Position numbers and translations under genes: made by a program
Notes under the pieces: generated by a model
Seen by the model: only the letters and a program-made list of their open reading frames with translations
What the model was told of the DNA's origin: nothing
The model's database searches: none
Part shown: in pieces, positions 1 through 13,247 of the stretch
How the letters are laid out: every line of letters begins with the position of its first letter
Numbering within the stretch: position 1 is the stretch's first letter
From: Octopus sinensis
Taxonomy: Eukaryota
Direction: 5' to 3'
Assembly: GCF_006345805.1 (NCBI RefSeq)
Contig: NC_043019.1
Span: forward strand, 2,480,001-2,544,000
DNA: 64,000 bases

Positions 1-33
1 GGTTGTGGTGGTGGTGGTGGTGGTGGTGGTGGT
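1..33. repeat. (GGT)n microsatellite
   Basis: Direct reading of the sequence. Confidence 0.9.
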
Positions 34-439
34 TTAGCGATATGTCAGCCTTGATCGAGCACATTTTATTCCAAAGGGATTCTACTTATGACCAGCCTGT
101 CCTTTTATACATCAAAGCATTATGGTATCTAATATGTCGTTCATTTTTTTTTAGATAAAATAGCATGAGGAAGATTTAGCTGCTATTTGTAACAGGTAAA
201 GCAAACAAGCAGAAGTTCCTTCTTGTGTGATATGGGCGCAGGGGATAGAAATAGCAGGAATCCAGTATGAGAAATGCGAAACGCGTTACAAATATTTTGG
301 ATGAGGGTGAAGTTGGTTTGGACGACAGGGCAGCATTCATTGCTTTTGCCGAGAGTAGTGAGATCAATGCAGGTAACGTTTCTCCTGGACAACTGCAAAT
401 CGACGACTGCAGAAAAATTAACAAATGCAACGATAAGCA

Positions 440-745
440 GGCAAAACAAAATGTTGTTATTAGTATGGGATCTGTATGCGGGCACATCATGGGTCACGAT
501 TAGAAAATACGGGGCAAGTTGGAATTGGCTGGTGCAGGGGGCACAAGAGAAGCTAGCTCTGAGAAACATAGGCCGCTGTAGTAACCGTAGAAAGAGAAGA
601 CAGAGAAAAATACAAGATTTTTATGGTTCAAAGGCTGGAGTGTGTTGGTGAGTGACTTGATATAATGGTTTTTCACTGATGTGGTTTGGGATGTCTGTAT
701 GGTGTAGCAGCAGCATGTTCCCCGTGATGTGAACAATACTCCATT
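440..745 (-). mobile_element. Degenerate 3' fragment of a CR1/L2/Crack-group LINE ORF2
   Basis: Minus-strand ORF 500-736 reads LQPLNHKN..SFYGYYSGLCFSELASLVPP, matching the post-RT motif LQPLxHRRxVxxLxLFYRYYxGxCSxELxxLxP of this LINE group. Confidence 0.6.
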
Positions 746-1477
746 TTAAGTCTCACCTGTACTTTGTAGAGTTAGTAGTTGGTGGGAATGGATGATCTTT
801 TTATTGCGAGCGGAAAACTTTTATGAAATTTTTTCCGCGGACCATACTCGTTGCGTCTCCTCACTCCGACAATTATGATCTCTTCTCCTCGGCGATTATT
901 AATTTTATTCATCTTCCACTTAGAGACTTCTGACTCATTCGTCTCCCCCGCTTCTCGTCGGTCATGGCCTTTTAATTTCCTATAATAAACCTCGTACAGG
1001 ATGGTATAAGGAAGACGTTCTCCTTCAGTTGATTTGTCTGTGGAACGTAATCGTGACGAAACCTATCCTTTCTCAAGCTAAATTTATGACGGAATTTGAA
1101 TTCTACACCATTAGGAACTTACTAAAACATTCTTCTTTATACAGTACTTCCGCTAATTTCAGAGGTAAACTGTACTTATTATTGAGTCATTGACAGCTGG
1201 GCAGCGTCGACTCAGCACAGTTCTAAATGTGACTCCAGTCAAAAGTTTAATAAAAGAAATCACGTATATATTCAAGTTGCGACATTTTTTCCATCAAAGT
1301 TATTATATTTTACGCGAATTCCTTACAATGTGTTTGGAATTGTAAAGATCCGAAATTTCTCATCAATATGGTTTCTAAATCTTTATAGTCTTAGTCATCT
1401 TGGTGAAGTGATGTTGGTGCATGATGTTGCTTCTCTATAGAGGGTACTGGTCTAATGTGATTAATGTAAATATTGAT

Positions 1478-1874
1478 TCCAAATTTTGGCACAAGGCCAG
1501 CAATTTTGGGGCAGGGGAAGAGTAGATTACATCAACCCTCAATGCTTAACTGGTACTTATATTATCGACCCCCGAAAGGGATGAAAGGCATAGTTGACTT
1601 CGGCGGAATTTCAACTCAGAACATAAAGACGGACGAAATACCTATTTCTTTACTACCCACAAGGTGCCAAACACAGAGGGGACAAACAAGGACAGACAAA
1701 TGGAATAAGTCGATTACATCGACCCGTGCGTAACTGGTACTTAATTCATCGACCCCGAAAGGATGGAAAGCAAAGTCGACCTCGGCGGAATTTGAACTCA
1801 GAACATAACGGCAGACGAAATACGGCTACGCATTTCGCCCGGCGTGCTAACGAATTCTGCCAGCTCGCCGCCTT
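1478..1874 (-). mobile_element. tRNA-derived SINE family A, dimer (head + body + tail 1 + headless body + tail 2)
   Basis: Reverse complement has A-box-like TGGCAGAATTCGTTAGC, B-box GTTCAAATTCC, two copies of the GAGGTCGACTTTGC..TCCTTTCGGGGTCGAT body and both tail types seen in other copies. Confidence 0.85.
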
Positions 1875-2034
1875 GAACAATGTAAATATAACTACCAAAA
1901 ATTAGAATTTATTACCGTTAGATTTATGTCTCATCAGTTGGGTGTTTATTTTCCTTTGTAATTAGGTTTGGTTGTCTGTGTGTTTATTTTACTACTATTC
2001 TGTTCTTCTGATGATAGCTTCCATTATTTGAGAC

Positions 2035-2860
2035 ATGGCTGGAAGTAGCGAGCTAGCACGGAAAAATGCCTAGCGCTATTTTTCCCGGGGTTTTTTTTGG
2101 GGGGGGGGGGTACATTCTGAATTCAAACCACGCGGAGGTCAGCTTTGGCTTTCATCCCTCCGATTGATATAATAAAGTACCAGCCAAGTTCGTGGGTGGG
2201 GAGGATAAAATAAAGTGCTAGTTAAGCTTTGGGTTTGATAACATCGACTAATCGTCCATCAAAACTGCTGGTTTTGAGTCTAAAGTAGAAACCGTTAAGA
2301 GTAGTATGTTGGCAGAATCATAAGATCGTCGGACAAACTGCTTTGAAGCATTTACATTTTGGTTTCAAATCTTGCTGAGGTCAACTTTACCTTTAAGTCC
2401 TCAGGGACCGATAAAATAAAGTACCAGTCAAGTTCTGAAATCCATGTAATCCCTTCAAATTGTTTATATATCTCTTCAAAACTTTTGGTCTAAATCAGAA
2501 ATAATTATTAAACATCCGTTAGAATCGTTAGAGCGTCGGATGAAATGCTTTGAAACATTTGTTCCAGCTCTTACACTTTGGTTTCAAATCTTGCTGAGGT
2601 CAACTTTACCTTTCAGCCCTCTGGGACCGATTAAATAAAGAAGACGGTGAGCACTGCAAAATCGTTAGAGCATCGGGGGAAATGCTTTATGATGCTTCTT
2701 CCGATTCTTTACTTTCGGATTTCATCGAGGTCAACTTTGCCTTTCGTCCCTCCCAGAGCAATAAAATAAATAATCTGTCAAATAATAAGGTCGATGATGT
2801 CGACTTACTCACCGCTTCAAAGTGGTTGGCTTTGGGCCTAGTTTAGAAGCCAATATTATA
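2035..2860 (+). mobile_element. Head-to-tail chain of about four degenerate family A SINEs
   Basis: Repeated GAATCGTTAGAGC / GCTGAGGTCAACTTT(A/G)CCTTT / ATAAAATAAAGTACCAG motifs at intervals of roughly 130-290 bp. Confidence 0.7.
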
Positions 2861-3126
2861 CAGCTGACTAATGACATATATAACTGTTAGATAATCAAAT
2901 CTCTGCATTCATGCCTACATCAAATCATATTGGATGCAAGAATTCGATGGCAGCCTTCGACTTCTGTGGAATTTTTTAGATCCAATACTGTTTATATACT
3001 CTATTATTTATAGCTTTATCTGCTTTGCATTCCATCGTTAAAATCTATATATTTCACGTCTCTCAAAGTTTCTAGATTCTTATGGCGTAAACCGTATACA
3101 CATACATATATAAAGCATATACATAT

Positions 3127-3243
3127 ATAGAGAGAGAGGGGGCGAGGGGGAAGAGGGGAGAGAGAGGAGGGAGGGAGAGTAGGAAGGAGGGAGAGTTGGA
3201 AGCAGGGAGAGTAAGAAGGAGGGGAGGGAGGGGGAGAGAGAGG
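3127..3243. repeat. Purine-rich (GA/GGAG) low-complexity tract
   Basis: Almost exclusively G and A; explains the Pro/Ser/Leu-rich minus-strand ORFs 3016-3262. Confidence 0.85.
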
Positions 3244-3844
3244 CAATTATGCGGATAAACAAATTAGATAATTAAATATATTAAACATTTTAAATATAAT
3301 AATTTGGATATTAAATGCAAAATATGTATATATGTATACACGCAAAACGAGAGAAAACAAAAGGTGGAGACTTTCAGATGATGAATTTTTAAGAATAGAT
3401 ATATAGATATTTATATTAATAGGTCCAACTTATACGTGTATTTCATGTGTCTAATCTGTTTATCAGCATAATTGCCTCTGTATCAGCTCAACTTGATCCC
3501 TCTTACAGCCATTCTTTACCTTGCGGAACCGATCTCCTGTAAAGACATCGAAGACTAAGTTTGAATCTTTTGAGCACTGCTGTCTTCTATACTGAGACTA
3601 TTTGGATCTAATCTGTAGATAGTGACACTGAACAAACCGGGTGTTTTCACACCTTTTTACCATAACAGAGATATTTTCTCCAGTGTAATTGCAGTGAGTT
3701 TGCCTTTTAGCTGTTCAAATATGTCGCAAACATACTTAACTAACCTAAATTTTGCATGTATGTGTGTGTGTGTATTGGTTTAGCTGATCGAAACTGCGGA
3801 GTCACTGGAATACTATTATTGCTAAGGAATAAATTTTTAGTCTA

Positions 3845-4076
3845 CCCTCGACCGGCAGCGTGCTGTGTCCTTCAGCAAGACACTTTATTTCAGGTTGCTC
3901 CAGTTCACTCAGCTGGCAAAAATGAGTGGTACTTGTAATTCAGAGAACCGGCCTTGTCACAGTGTGTGTCACGTTGAATCTCCCTGATAACTACGTGTGT
4001 CTGTGGAGTGCTCAGCAACTTACACCTTAATTTCACATCAACTGGAACCCACGTCGTCGTGACTGACGGAGTGCCA
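3845..4076 (+). mobile_element. CORE-like SINE (family C, tail type a)
   Basis: TGTGTCCTTCAGCAAGACACTTTATTTCAGGTTGCTCCAGTTCACTCAGCTGGCAAAAATGAGT central block shared with the copies at 32118 and 56905; tail ends GTCGTGACTGACGGAGTGCCA, as at 43752-43926. Confidence 0.7.
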
Positions 4077-4115
4077 GATATAGATAGATAGATACATAGA
4101 TAGATAGATAGATCA
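4076..4115. repeat. (GATA)n microsatellite
   Basis: Direct reading. Confidence 0.9.
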
Positions 4116-4514
4116 TAACTGACCGTAACGGTTTTCTACCTCCAGTTTGGAGAGAGGTTATATGCCCGCGGCCACTGGAGTCTGACCAGTCGTCTATAAA
4201 GCTAAGCACTATTTGGATGCGAAACTATTTTTCACTATGACCGGACATATATTTAACTTCATGTGTGTATGTATGTATCCATGTATATATGTATGTATGT
4301 ATCTATTACACAAAGTGCGATAACAAAGCCAAGGCTGTGAGTTTTCAGGACACTTATAAGGCAAAAGGTATAGATGTAGTCTTACAGCTGTTTCTGGGAT
4401 ATTATGGGTATCCCTTCATCAGAGACGATATGAGATGGTTAAATAGAGGTATATATATGAGTTCGAAATAAGGAATTAATATATACATAGATATATAACG
4501 AATTTTATATATAT

Positions 4515-4516
<2 letters not shown>

Positions 4517-4556
<40 letters not shown>
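4517..4556. repeat. (GATA)n microsatellite
   Basis: Direct reading. Confidence 0.9.
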
Positions 4557-4694
4557 GAACGTAAACAAACAAATGAAGGTTGCTTTACAAGCGTTGAGAT
4601 GTCTTAGAAAGTTAAAGAAGTGATTTTTAATTCACAAACGTAGGATAATACTAATAACATAGCCTGAACAGGATAAGCTATCCCTATTTTGCAG

Positions 4695-4701
4695 AAAAAA
4701 A
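4695..4701 (-). terminator. Oligo-T (T7) Pol III terminator-like run
   Basis: A7 on the plus strand, 4 nt beyond the 3' end of the tRNA-like sequence. Confidence 0.45.
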
Positions 4702-4705
4702 GCGT

Positions 4706-4785
4706 TGGCGGCCGGCTATGAGTCGCGAACTCATACCTCTGTGATTATGCGTCGCGGTGCTCTGAACCAATTAAGCTAAACTGCC
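4706..4785 (-). pseudogene. tRNA-like sequence with CAT anticodon triplet (tRNA-Met-like pseudogene or SINE head)
   Basis: Minus strand: D arm GCTT-AATTGGTTCA-GAGC, perfect T arm ATGAG-TTCGCGA-CTCAT, 5-nt variable loop GAGGT and anticodon loop CGCATAA. Anticodon and acceptor stems are imperfect and position 33 is G instead of U. Confidence 0.6.
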
Positions 4786-5522
4786 CACACTACAAATTCT
4801 TCTGCAAATTTAGAAATCTCGCTTTATCAGAAGCTATCATACGTTAAATTCAAATTACAATGAACGTAAACAAAAAAACGAAGTTTGCTTTAGAAGCGTT
4901 GAGAAGTCTTAGAAAGGTAAAGAAGTGATTTTAAATTCTCAAACGCAGGATAATGCTAATAATATAGCCTGAAGAGGAGAAGCTACCCCTATTTTGTAGA
5001 AAAAAGTGTTGGCGGCCGGCTACTAAGGCCGTTGACCTAAGTTTAACTTTAGGTCGCATGCAACCGAATCAAGCTGTTTTGAATAATAAATAATATATGA
5101 GTGCGTGCTCCTGTGTGTACATATGTGCCTGTGAATATATACGTACGTATGCGTATGTATTGTGCGTATGCTTTGACTCTCGTTTATGAGTTATGGCGTG
5201 TTATTTCTGTAAATGTGTTGAATCTCTTCTGTCAATCTAACAATTCCGTCAGTGTTCCGATAAATGAAAACATAAGTTCCTTTGTTATAAAAGTTAATCG
5301 CTTTTGCAGATGATTCAATTTCGTCTTAGCAACTATTATCTTCTAATCTGAATAAATTAACTTCAATTTGAAGGAAATAATCACCTTATAAATATTCTTT
5401 TATATAGTATTTATAATTTTTTTAATTCTTTACTATTTATACTTTTTATAATTTTTCTTCAAAGCATTCATTAATGTATGCAGTAGTAAGGTCTACAAAT
5501 TAGTATGCAAATTATTGTGAGA

Positions 5523-6990
5523 TACAGCTAAATCTCGGTCATTCGAACAATCTATTAACCGAATTTCAGATTATCCAAACAAAATCTTAATGTCCTTTGA
5601 ATGGTTTAATTAACCATATTGAGTATAACCTTACCGTAGAACCAATTCTGGTACGATGAAATCGTCTTTTGAATGACTGAAGATAATTTTTAAAAGCGTA
5701 ACAGGAAAGTGTTGCTATACTGGTGCAACGATCGCGTCTTCTGTTTATACTTACCAGTCAACTGGTCAGCCAGTCGATCCGCTAGCTTTGTCTCGGTCAC
5801 TTTAAAATATGTTATAATGAATTCAACATACACAAATAACTAACAGAGTGAATGATTGAAAGAATTCCAAATCATTGGTGCTTTCATTCACTCTACGAGT
5901 TTATTCCGATTGCGTGTCCGATACAAGTAGTCGAGTTTGTCGCTATTACAATAGCTGTACGGACAAAGTAAACACATTGACAATACAGGGAGAATACTAG
6001 ATTTTACAATATTAGAAAAACAATGGTGTCCGACCCCAACAATGCTAGGTCCGACAACTGGAAAATTTATCAACCAAAATGAAAATTTACATGCATTAAA
6101 AAGAAATTCTATGGAACCAGTAAAAGATGAGCAGCTCGTATTTTTTGTGACTTTTACAGCAACATAAAATGGAGTTTCTTGCCTTTGGTCTGCAACTACA
6201 AGAAAAAGCGATCAGTTTTCATGAACAAATCCGGCTAGAGAAACAACACATGTCAAATCATAGTGTATTATTTGATGGATTACAGTGTTTCAAAAATCTT
6301 TGTTGACCTACCCTCCAAGTCAGTGAGATAGTCTCATTCAAAAGTTGCCACAATGCAAAGAAGCATATTATGAAAAGCGGTCTATAACGATAGTCTGCTC
6401 GATAAACTTCAATGCCACAGTCGCTCAACCAGGAATAGTCGCAACTATAAAGAAATATAGCCGTAACAAGTTGCATGTCAACGTCATTGAAGACAAAACA
6501 AAGAATTACTGCAAATAAGATATTCGCAGTCAAGAGTACGTTGGTGGGGATCTCAAATTCTCGAGAACGTTTCAAGCCGTCAACAGTCAGACTGTTGGTT
6601 TAAGGACTTGTGTGTTGGTAGACATGACAGTAAAGAGGATAGTGACCAAATCAAAGAGTAACGATTGAAATCATCAAGAACTGCAAACATCTGGAATTAG
6701 AAGACTACGGAGAGGGTGAGATCGAAGTTTAAGTTTGAAAGTGACATTGCAACAAAAACACTTAGACGATCAGATTATCAACATAATCACAGAAGACCAG
6801 CGAGTAAGGACGGACATTTTGGATGTTAAGTATTGTCAGAAATTGATACCACTTCCAGTTTTATATTACGGAAATTTTCGATAGTTTGAGACTTTTATGG
6901 AAATTATATGAAGTACAATATAAATTCGATGGCGTTAAGCTTATACCTTTTCGTCAACGTCTTTGATGAACTTTGTGAATTTCCTGCACA
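5523..6990 (+). mobile_element. Highly degenerate Tigger/pogo DNA transposon
   Basis: Frameshifted remnants LQLQEKAISFHEQI (6190, CENP-B-type HTH), DGLQCFKN (resembling GWLxRFKxRH) and KTKQRITA (6490, resembling KxSKxRITV). Start TACAGCTAAATCTCGGTCATTCGAAC resembles Tigger termini. Right end uncertain. Confidence 0.55.
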
Positions 6991-7288
6991 AGCATACAAA
7001 TATAATTTGTAATTACGTCATACTTCCTTGAATTTCCATGTTTTTCTTATTTGAAAGGCATAATGGATTTTATTTGTAAAATGCAATGAATTTTTAAGCA
7101 ATGCCCAGTGTTTCGTCTCATTGTATTGATTCAGTTACATAAAAACTCTGTGAAAATGCTTTTTAATGTAATTCTGCTCAGTATGACTTTCTTTGTTTTA
7201 CAGCGAATCAGTTATCCGAACAACAAAATACTCCCCATGCGTCTAACTGTTTACGTGATATTCATAACTGTTATCCTTGTATACCAAA

Positions 7289-7360
7289 GATTATATATCA
7301 CATAATTTGTTATATGATAACATGATTATATATCACATAAGTTGTTATATGATAACATGA
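7289..7360. repeat. 35-bp tandem duplication
   Basis: GATTATATATCACATAA(T/G)TTGTTATATGATAACAT occurs twice. Confidence 0.85.
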
Positions 7361-7479
7361 AATATTGCATTCTCGGTGATATAAATTATATTTGTAACTA
7401 CAAATATTCTGGAGTTATTTGAAACACTTTATATTAAAAAGAAAGAGTTGTGCCCATAACTTTCGAAGGCTCTTCGAGA

Positions 7480-7800
7480 CCAGCCACAAAAACATGGTTA
7501 ATGTTCCATTTCCATAGCTGTAGGGAAAATTATGGGCAAGGATGGAATGTCAGGGACTTAACAGTCTAATAAGAAACGCCTGGATGATGTCACTTGTGCA
7601 GAGCCTATCAAAAGGCCAAAATATAGTTGACATAAAAAAGAAAGGACAAGTGAATTGGAACTGTATGGCTGGAGGTGGCAGAAGACCGACCAGTTTCAAG
7701 GAAGAGAGGCCACTATAGTCCTGGTAGAAAAAAGGTAGAGGAAAAAGTTCAAGTCTTTGAACTGATGGTTGGAGTATATGGGCCCGCGACCTCATGTCAA
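7480..7800 (-). mobile_element. Degenerate 3' fragment of a CR1/L2/Crack-group LINE
   Basis: ORF 7550-7795 reads HILQPSVQR..FFYQDYSGLSSLKLVGLLPPP, the same motif family as 440-745. Confidence 0.55.
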
Positions 7801-8127
7801 TTAATCGGATTGCCTGCTGTGCAGGCTATACAGAGTCAGTGTGTGTCTCTGTAGGAGTAATATTGAAGAGTTTTAGCCGTAGAGATTAACCCAGTACTCA
7901 TTTATTCATTTTTTAAAGTTTGGTACTTATTATGTAGGTCAGTTTACCATACCACTAAGCTACGTAAGCGTAAACCAACATTAGTTTTTAAGTGATATGG
8001 CGGCAGGGGCAAACACACGCATAAGAATATATGACTTAGACTAAGAACAGTAATAAACGAGTAAAGAACGAATATATAGTGTGTGTGTTTAATTGGCCAA
8101 AAAATATGACTGTCCCGAAATACAACA

Positions 8128-8176
<49 letters not shown>

Positions 8177-8202
8177 TACACACACACATACACACACAGA
8201 GG

Positions 8203-8597
8203 AAGGCGGTGAGCTGGCAGACACGTTAGCACGCCAGGCGAAATTCTTAACGGGATTTCGTCTGCCGTTACGTTCTGAGTTCAAATTCCGCCGAGGTCGA
8301 CTTTGCCTTTCATCCTTTCGGGGTCGATTAAATAACTACCAATTACGCACTGGGATCGATATAATCGACTTAATCTGTTTGTCTGTCCTTGTTTGTCGTC
8401 TTTGTGCTTAGCCCCTTGTGGGTAGTAAAGAACTATGGATTTCGTCTGTCTTTACGTTCAGAGTTCACATTCCGCCGAGGTCGACTTTGCCTTTCATCTT
8501 TTCGGCGTCGATAAATTAAGTACCAGTTACGTACTGGGATCAATCTAATCGACTGACCCCCTCCCCCAAAATTTCGGGCCTTGAGCCTAGAGTAGAA

Positions 8598-8600
<3 letters not shown>
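8203..8600 (+). mobile_element. Family A SINE dimer
   Basis: AAGGCGGTGAGCTGGCAG head, GTTCAAATTCCGCC B-box, tail 1, second headless body, tail 2; preceded by (CA)n and followed by (AT)n. Confidence 0.9.
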
Positions 8601-8656
<56 letters not shown>

Positions 8657-8659
8657 TAC

Positions 8660-8812
8660 ACAGGACGGCCTTCCACACAGTTTCGTCTGTCAAATTCACG
8701 CACAAATTATTGATCGGCTGAGGAATATAGTGGAAGACACTTGCCTAGAGTGTCCCGCAATGGAACTGAATGCGAAATTATGTGGTTGGAAAGTGAGCTT
8801 CTTAACTACACT
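8660..8812 (-). mobile_element. 5' part of a family B SINE variant
   Basis: Reverse complement resembles the tRNA head and GGCAAGTGTCTTC..CTATA block of the copy at 44601. Confidence 0.6.
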
Positions 8813-9362
8813 CGTTTATGGTGAAAACAATGATTATTTAAATAAGAATCAGATGACAAATATACATTATTTCTTCATAGAACATAGTTTAGATTATAAG
8901 AGTAGAAGCCGAGAAAAGTTCAAAGTGATGGACTGAATCAGTAATCAACAAATACAGAAAGACCAAATATTTGAATTAGTTAGATTACTGTGAGGAAGAT
9001 GGCAAATGGTGCCCAAAACGTTACAGGTCTCTTCTTTTCTATGGAAAACTCATTTCGTTTATGAGAACGTCTTCTGCAAATGATGAAATTCCCAAAAAAT
9101 AAAAGGAAAAACAAAAACTAATTTTGATATTTGAGAATCTCTTATAAACACTTCTCTCATTCATGAAAATAGTCAACCAATTGTCTTCCAATTTCCATTT
9201 AATATGACGCCACATTTTAACATCCTAAATGAGAAATAGACCCTTTAAGCTTAGGAGTTGCCATTTTAATATGAGTCAACGACCAACCTTTCAAATTATT
9301 AGCAATATGCTAACGCTTTCTACGTCGTCCTATCAATTTATTCTATTATTGACTCAGCATAA

Positions 9363-9590
9363 ATTTTTAAATAAAGGTCAGCTACAATATGCTCAAACAG
9401 AATGCCGAGGCAAAACGTCAACCTCTTCTGGAATTTGAATTAAATTAATTATTGGCATCAAATCTATTAGATCGTGTATTCGTTTTCAATTCTTTTTATA
9501 AGACAATTGGATTGATGAAATATAAACAGATAAATCCTACCTGTGACTACACATACATATACCTAAACACCTAGATAACACACGCAAGAT

Positions 9591-9650
<60 letters not shown>

Positions 9651-9827
9651 TAATTATAATAAAGGGTTAATTGCAACAAGTTGCTCAAAACCACATACCG
9701 AAAATATTAGAAATAGCAGCCAAATAGATCACTATTTCTACTACTAGTAAAAAAGTCTCCACAAACAAATAGAATTTACAACCTGTATATGGTAAAGAGA
9801 AAGAAAAAAACGAAATCCCAGCCTATT

Positions 9828-9861
<34 letters not shown>

Positions 9862-10196
9862 TGTTGTGTCTGATGGGAGTGATTCTCTTTTAGTGCCTTA
9901 TAATTTGACACACCGGTAAAATTTCCACTTATTTCTTCTAATTTTTTTTAAAAATTTTCGTTGTATCTTGCAGCCTTTTTAATAGTCAAAACTATTGAAA
10001 AAGAAAAGGTTGCAAGACGCAACAAAAATTTTAGAGAAATAAAAAAGAAATAAGTGCAAATTTTATCGGTGAGTGTGTTAAATTATAAGGCACTAAAAGA
10101 GAATGACTCTCCCCAGACACAACAGAATATGCTTCAACACACGAACTCACATAAAGAATCTTGCAAAACAAATCCCAAAACGAAATATATATACAT

Positions 10197-10250
<54 letters not shown>

Positions 10251-10488
10251 GCACATACATACATACATACATACATACATACATACACTATATATGGCGC
10301 TTTATTTCATCAGTCCGATTGTCTTATAAAAAGAAATGAAAACGAAATAATAATTGAAATTGCGTATGTAAATACATGATCTGATAGCTTTGATGTCAAT
10401 AATCAATTTAGTTCAAATTCCGGAAGAGGTTGAAATTCTACCTCGGCATTTTATCTGAGCATTTAGTTGCTGACCATTATTTAAAAAT
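9363..10488. repeat. Long imperfect inverted repeat (arms about 9363-9530 and 10298-10488)
   Basis: The reverse complement of the right arm aligns with the left arm throughout, apart from one ~23-bp indel (e.g. TTCTTTTTATAAGACAAT, TAAATT.ATTATTG.CATCAAA, GGAATTTGAA). Confidence 0.8.
9861..10125. mobile_element. Hairpin MITE (265 bp, almost fully self-complementary)
   Basis: Ends CTGTTGTGTCTG / CAGACACAACAG; perfect 24-bp pair TTCTCTTTTAGTGCCTTATAATTT / AAATTATAAGGCACTAAAAGAGAA; abuts an (AT)n tract. Confidence 0.85.
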
Positions 10489-10489
10489 A

Positions 10490-11580
<1,091 letters not shown>

Positions 11581-12364
11581 TTATTCACTAACGTATTTCT
11601 AGTGAGAAAAAGCGACAAAGTAAATATTTTATAAAGCCGAACAAACAAGAATAAAACCCATTCAAACTGTTATAAAAATGCTTTTTTTGAAAATGGAAAT
11701 GAGGAAAAGTATAGAAGATAAAATTCCGGCAAACGTAAATATTTGTACAAGGGGGCACCCATTGAGAATAAATTCGTTTATTAATTTTTTCATGTATTTA
11801 CTTTATATAAAAATAGGAAGAAATTTTGGCTAAAATGCTGTTCAGATGCGAATCATTAATTGTCTTTTGAACTTCAATTCTCTAGCTGCCTTACTAAGAA
11901 AAAAAGTTAGTGAAAATTGTTTGGTCACGTGTCAAAATATCTGTAGATTTGTCGCCTACACATTATCAGCTTATCTTTTTGGCGCCTCAAGGAATTTATC
12001 GAATCTTTACAGCTGACGTGACTGTTTCTTTTTTGGATTAAAAAGAAAAAAAGCACCATGCTATCGTTCAAGGTCATTGCTAAGTACAAAGAAACGAAAT
12101 TTTTATGGACTCACCAAGAATTAATTACGAGTTTTAGAAAATGTAATTTCTATGGATGGATACCAAGAATTTAAATCTTGTTTAATCGAGCGAATATTTT
12201 CAACAAGTATTATTTGATAATGAATGCTGAATGTAAATTGAATATTAAATAAATGTAATGCTGTTTGACACCATGTATTTCATTTGTCGACAGTTTCCAC
12301 GTACTTTACTGTCTTATGAAGACAAACGTCTGATTTATACAGTACAGACATAGCTCGACTTATC

Positions 12365-12530
12365 CAAGGGAAAGGAAAAGACCGATACAACTTGGCACCA
12401 GTGACGTTGCAACTCTTTTCTACAACTGTGTGAACTGGAGCAACGTTAAATGAAGTATCTTGCTCAAGAACTCAACATACAATCCGGTCAGGAAATAGAA
12501 CTCACTACCTAATGATTGTGAGTTTTATAA
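12365..12530 (-). mobile_element. CORE-like SINE (family C, tail type b), partial
   Basis: Reverse complement matches the CORE block and the GTCAC(T/A)GGT(G/A)CCAAG tail of the copy at 32118. Confidence 0.65.
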
Positions 12531-12957
12531 ATGATAGAAAATAATGCGTTCATTCAAAGCCTGAGGATAAAATTCTTACCCAAAGAAATTAACATTTTCT
12601 ATTTACGTGATAGTTTATTTTTTGCCAATGAAACATTACGTTATAGAAACGTATATACATGCATATAAATGGGTGAGTACGTGTGTATGTGGAAATATGT
12701 GTGTGTATGCAAAATTGATTACTATGCTATACTTTTGCTTTTGTTTTAAGTATTTACTTTCTCTAAAACGACTGGCAACATCCTACACAACGAAAGTTAT
12801 ATCGTTTCAGTGTCCAAATACATATTGTACATTTTTGCATGTCATATAATATAAGCATTTAAAATATATATGCATACATACGCATACATACATGCATACA
12901 TATATATGTATACATAATACATACATATGCATACATGCATGCATTTATCAATCCATG

Positions 12958-13012
<55 letters not shown>

Positions 13013-13130
13013 GCCCTGATGCAGTACCAGATAGTGGCTCACATGGCTCCTGATCTTAACTGATTGGAAGTGTTATCATGTACGTTGTTTTGTCTCGGTA
13101 TAAAAGATGGGCTACAGCAAATATTCTGTA
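12958..13130 (-). mobile_element. 3' end of an unidentified retroposon with a (TTA)n tail
   Basis: About 18 units of (ATA)n on the plus strand directly abut a non-simple segment ATGCCCTGATGCAGTACC..CAGCAAATATTCTG that I recognise as an interspersed repeat; identity not established. Confidence 0.4.
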
Positions 13131-13149
13131 TCTTTTAGGTGTGGGTGTG

Positions 13150-13184
13150 TGTGTGTGTGTGGGCGTGTGGATAGACAGACAGAC

Positions 13185-13245
<61 letters not shown>
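13150..13245. repeat. (GT)n/(GATA)n microsatellite
   Basis: Direct reading. Confidence 0.9.

Positions 13246-13247
<2 letters not shown>

Larger units (their letters stand above)
4557..5022. repeat. Two diverged direct copies of a ~160-bp unit (4557-4718 and 4862-5022; period 305 bp)
   Basis: Both begin GAACGTAAACAAA and end GTTGGCGGCCGGCTA, and are collinear in between. Confidence 0.85.

Noticed and set aside
267-651. Plus-strand ORFs 267-503 and 274-651 as genes
   Set aside because: No recognisable domain; they overlap the antisense strand of a LINE remnant.
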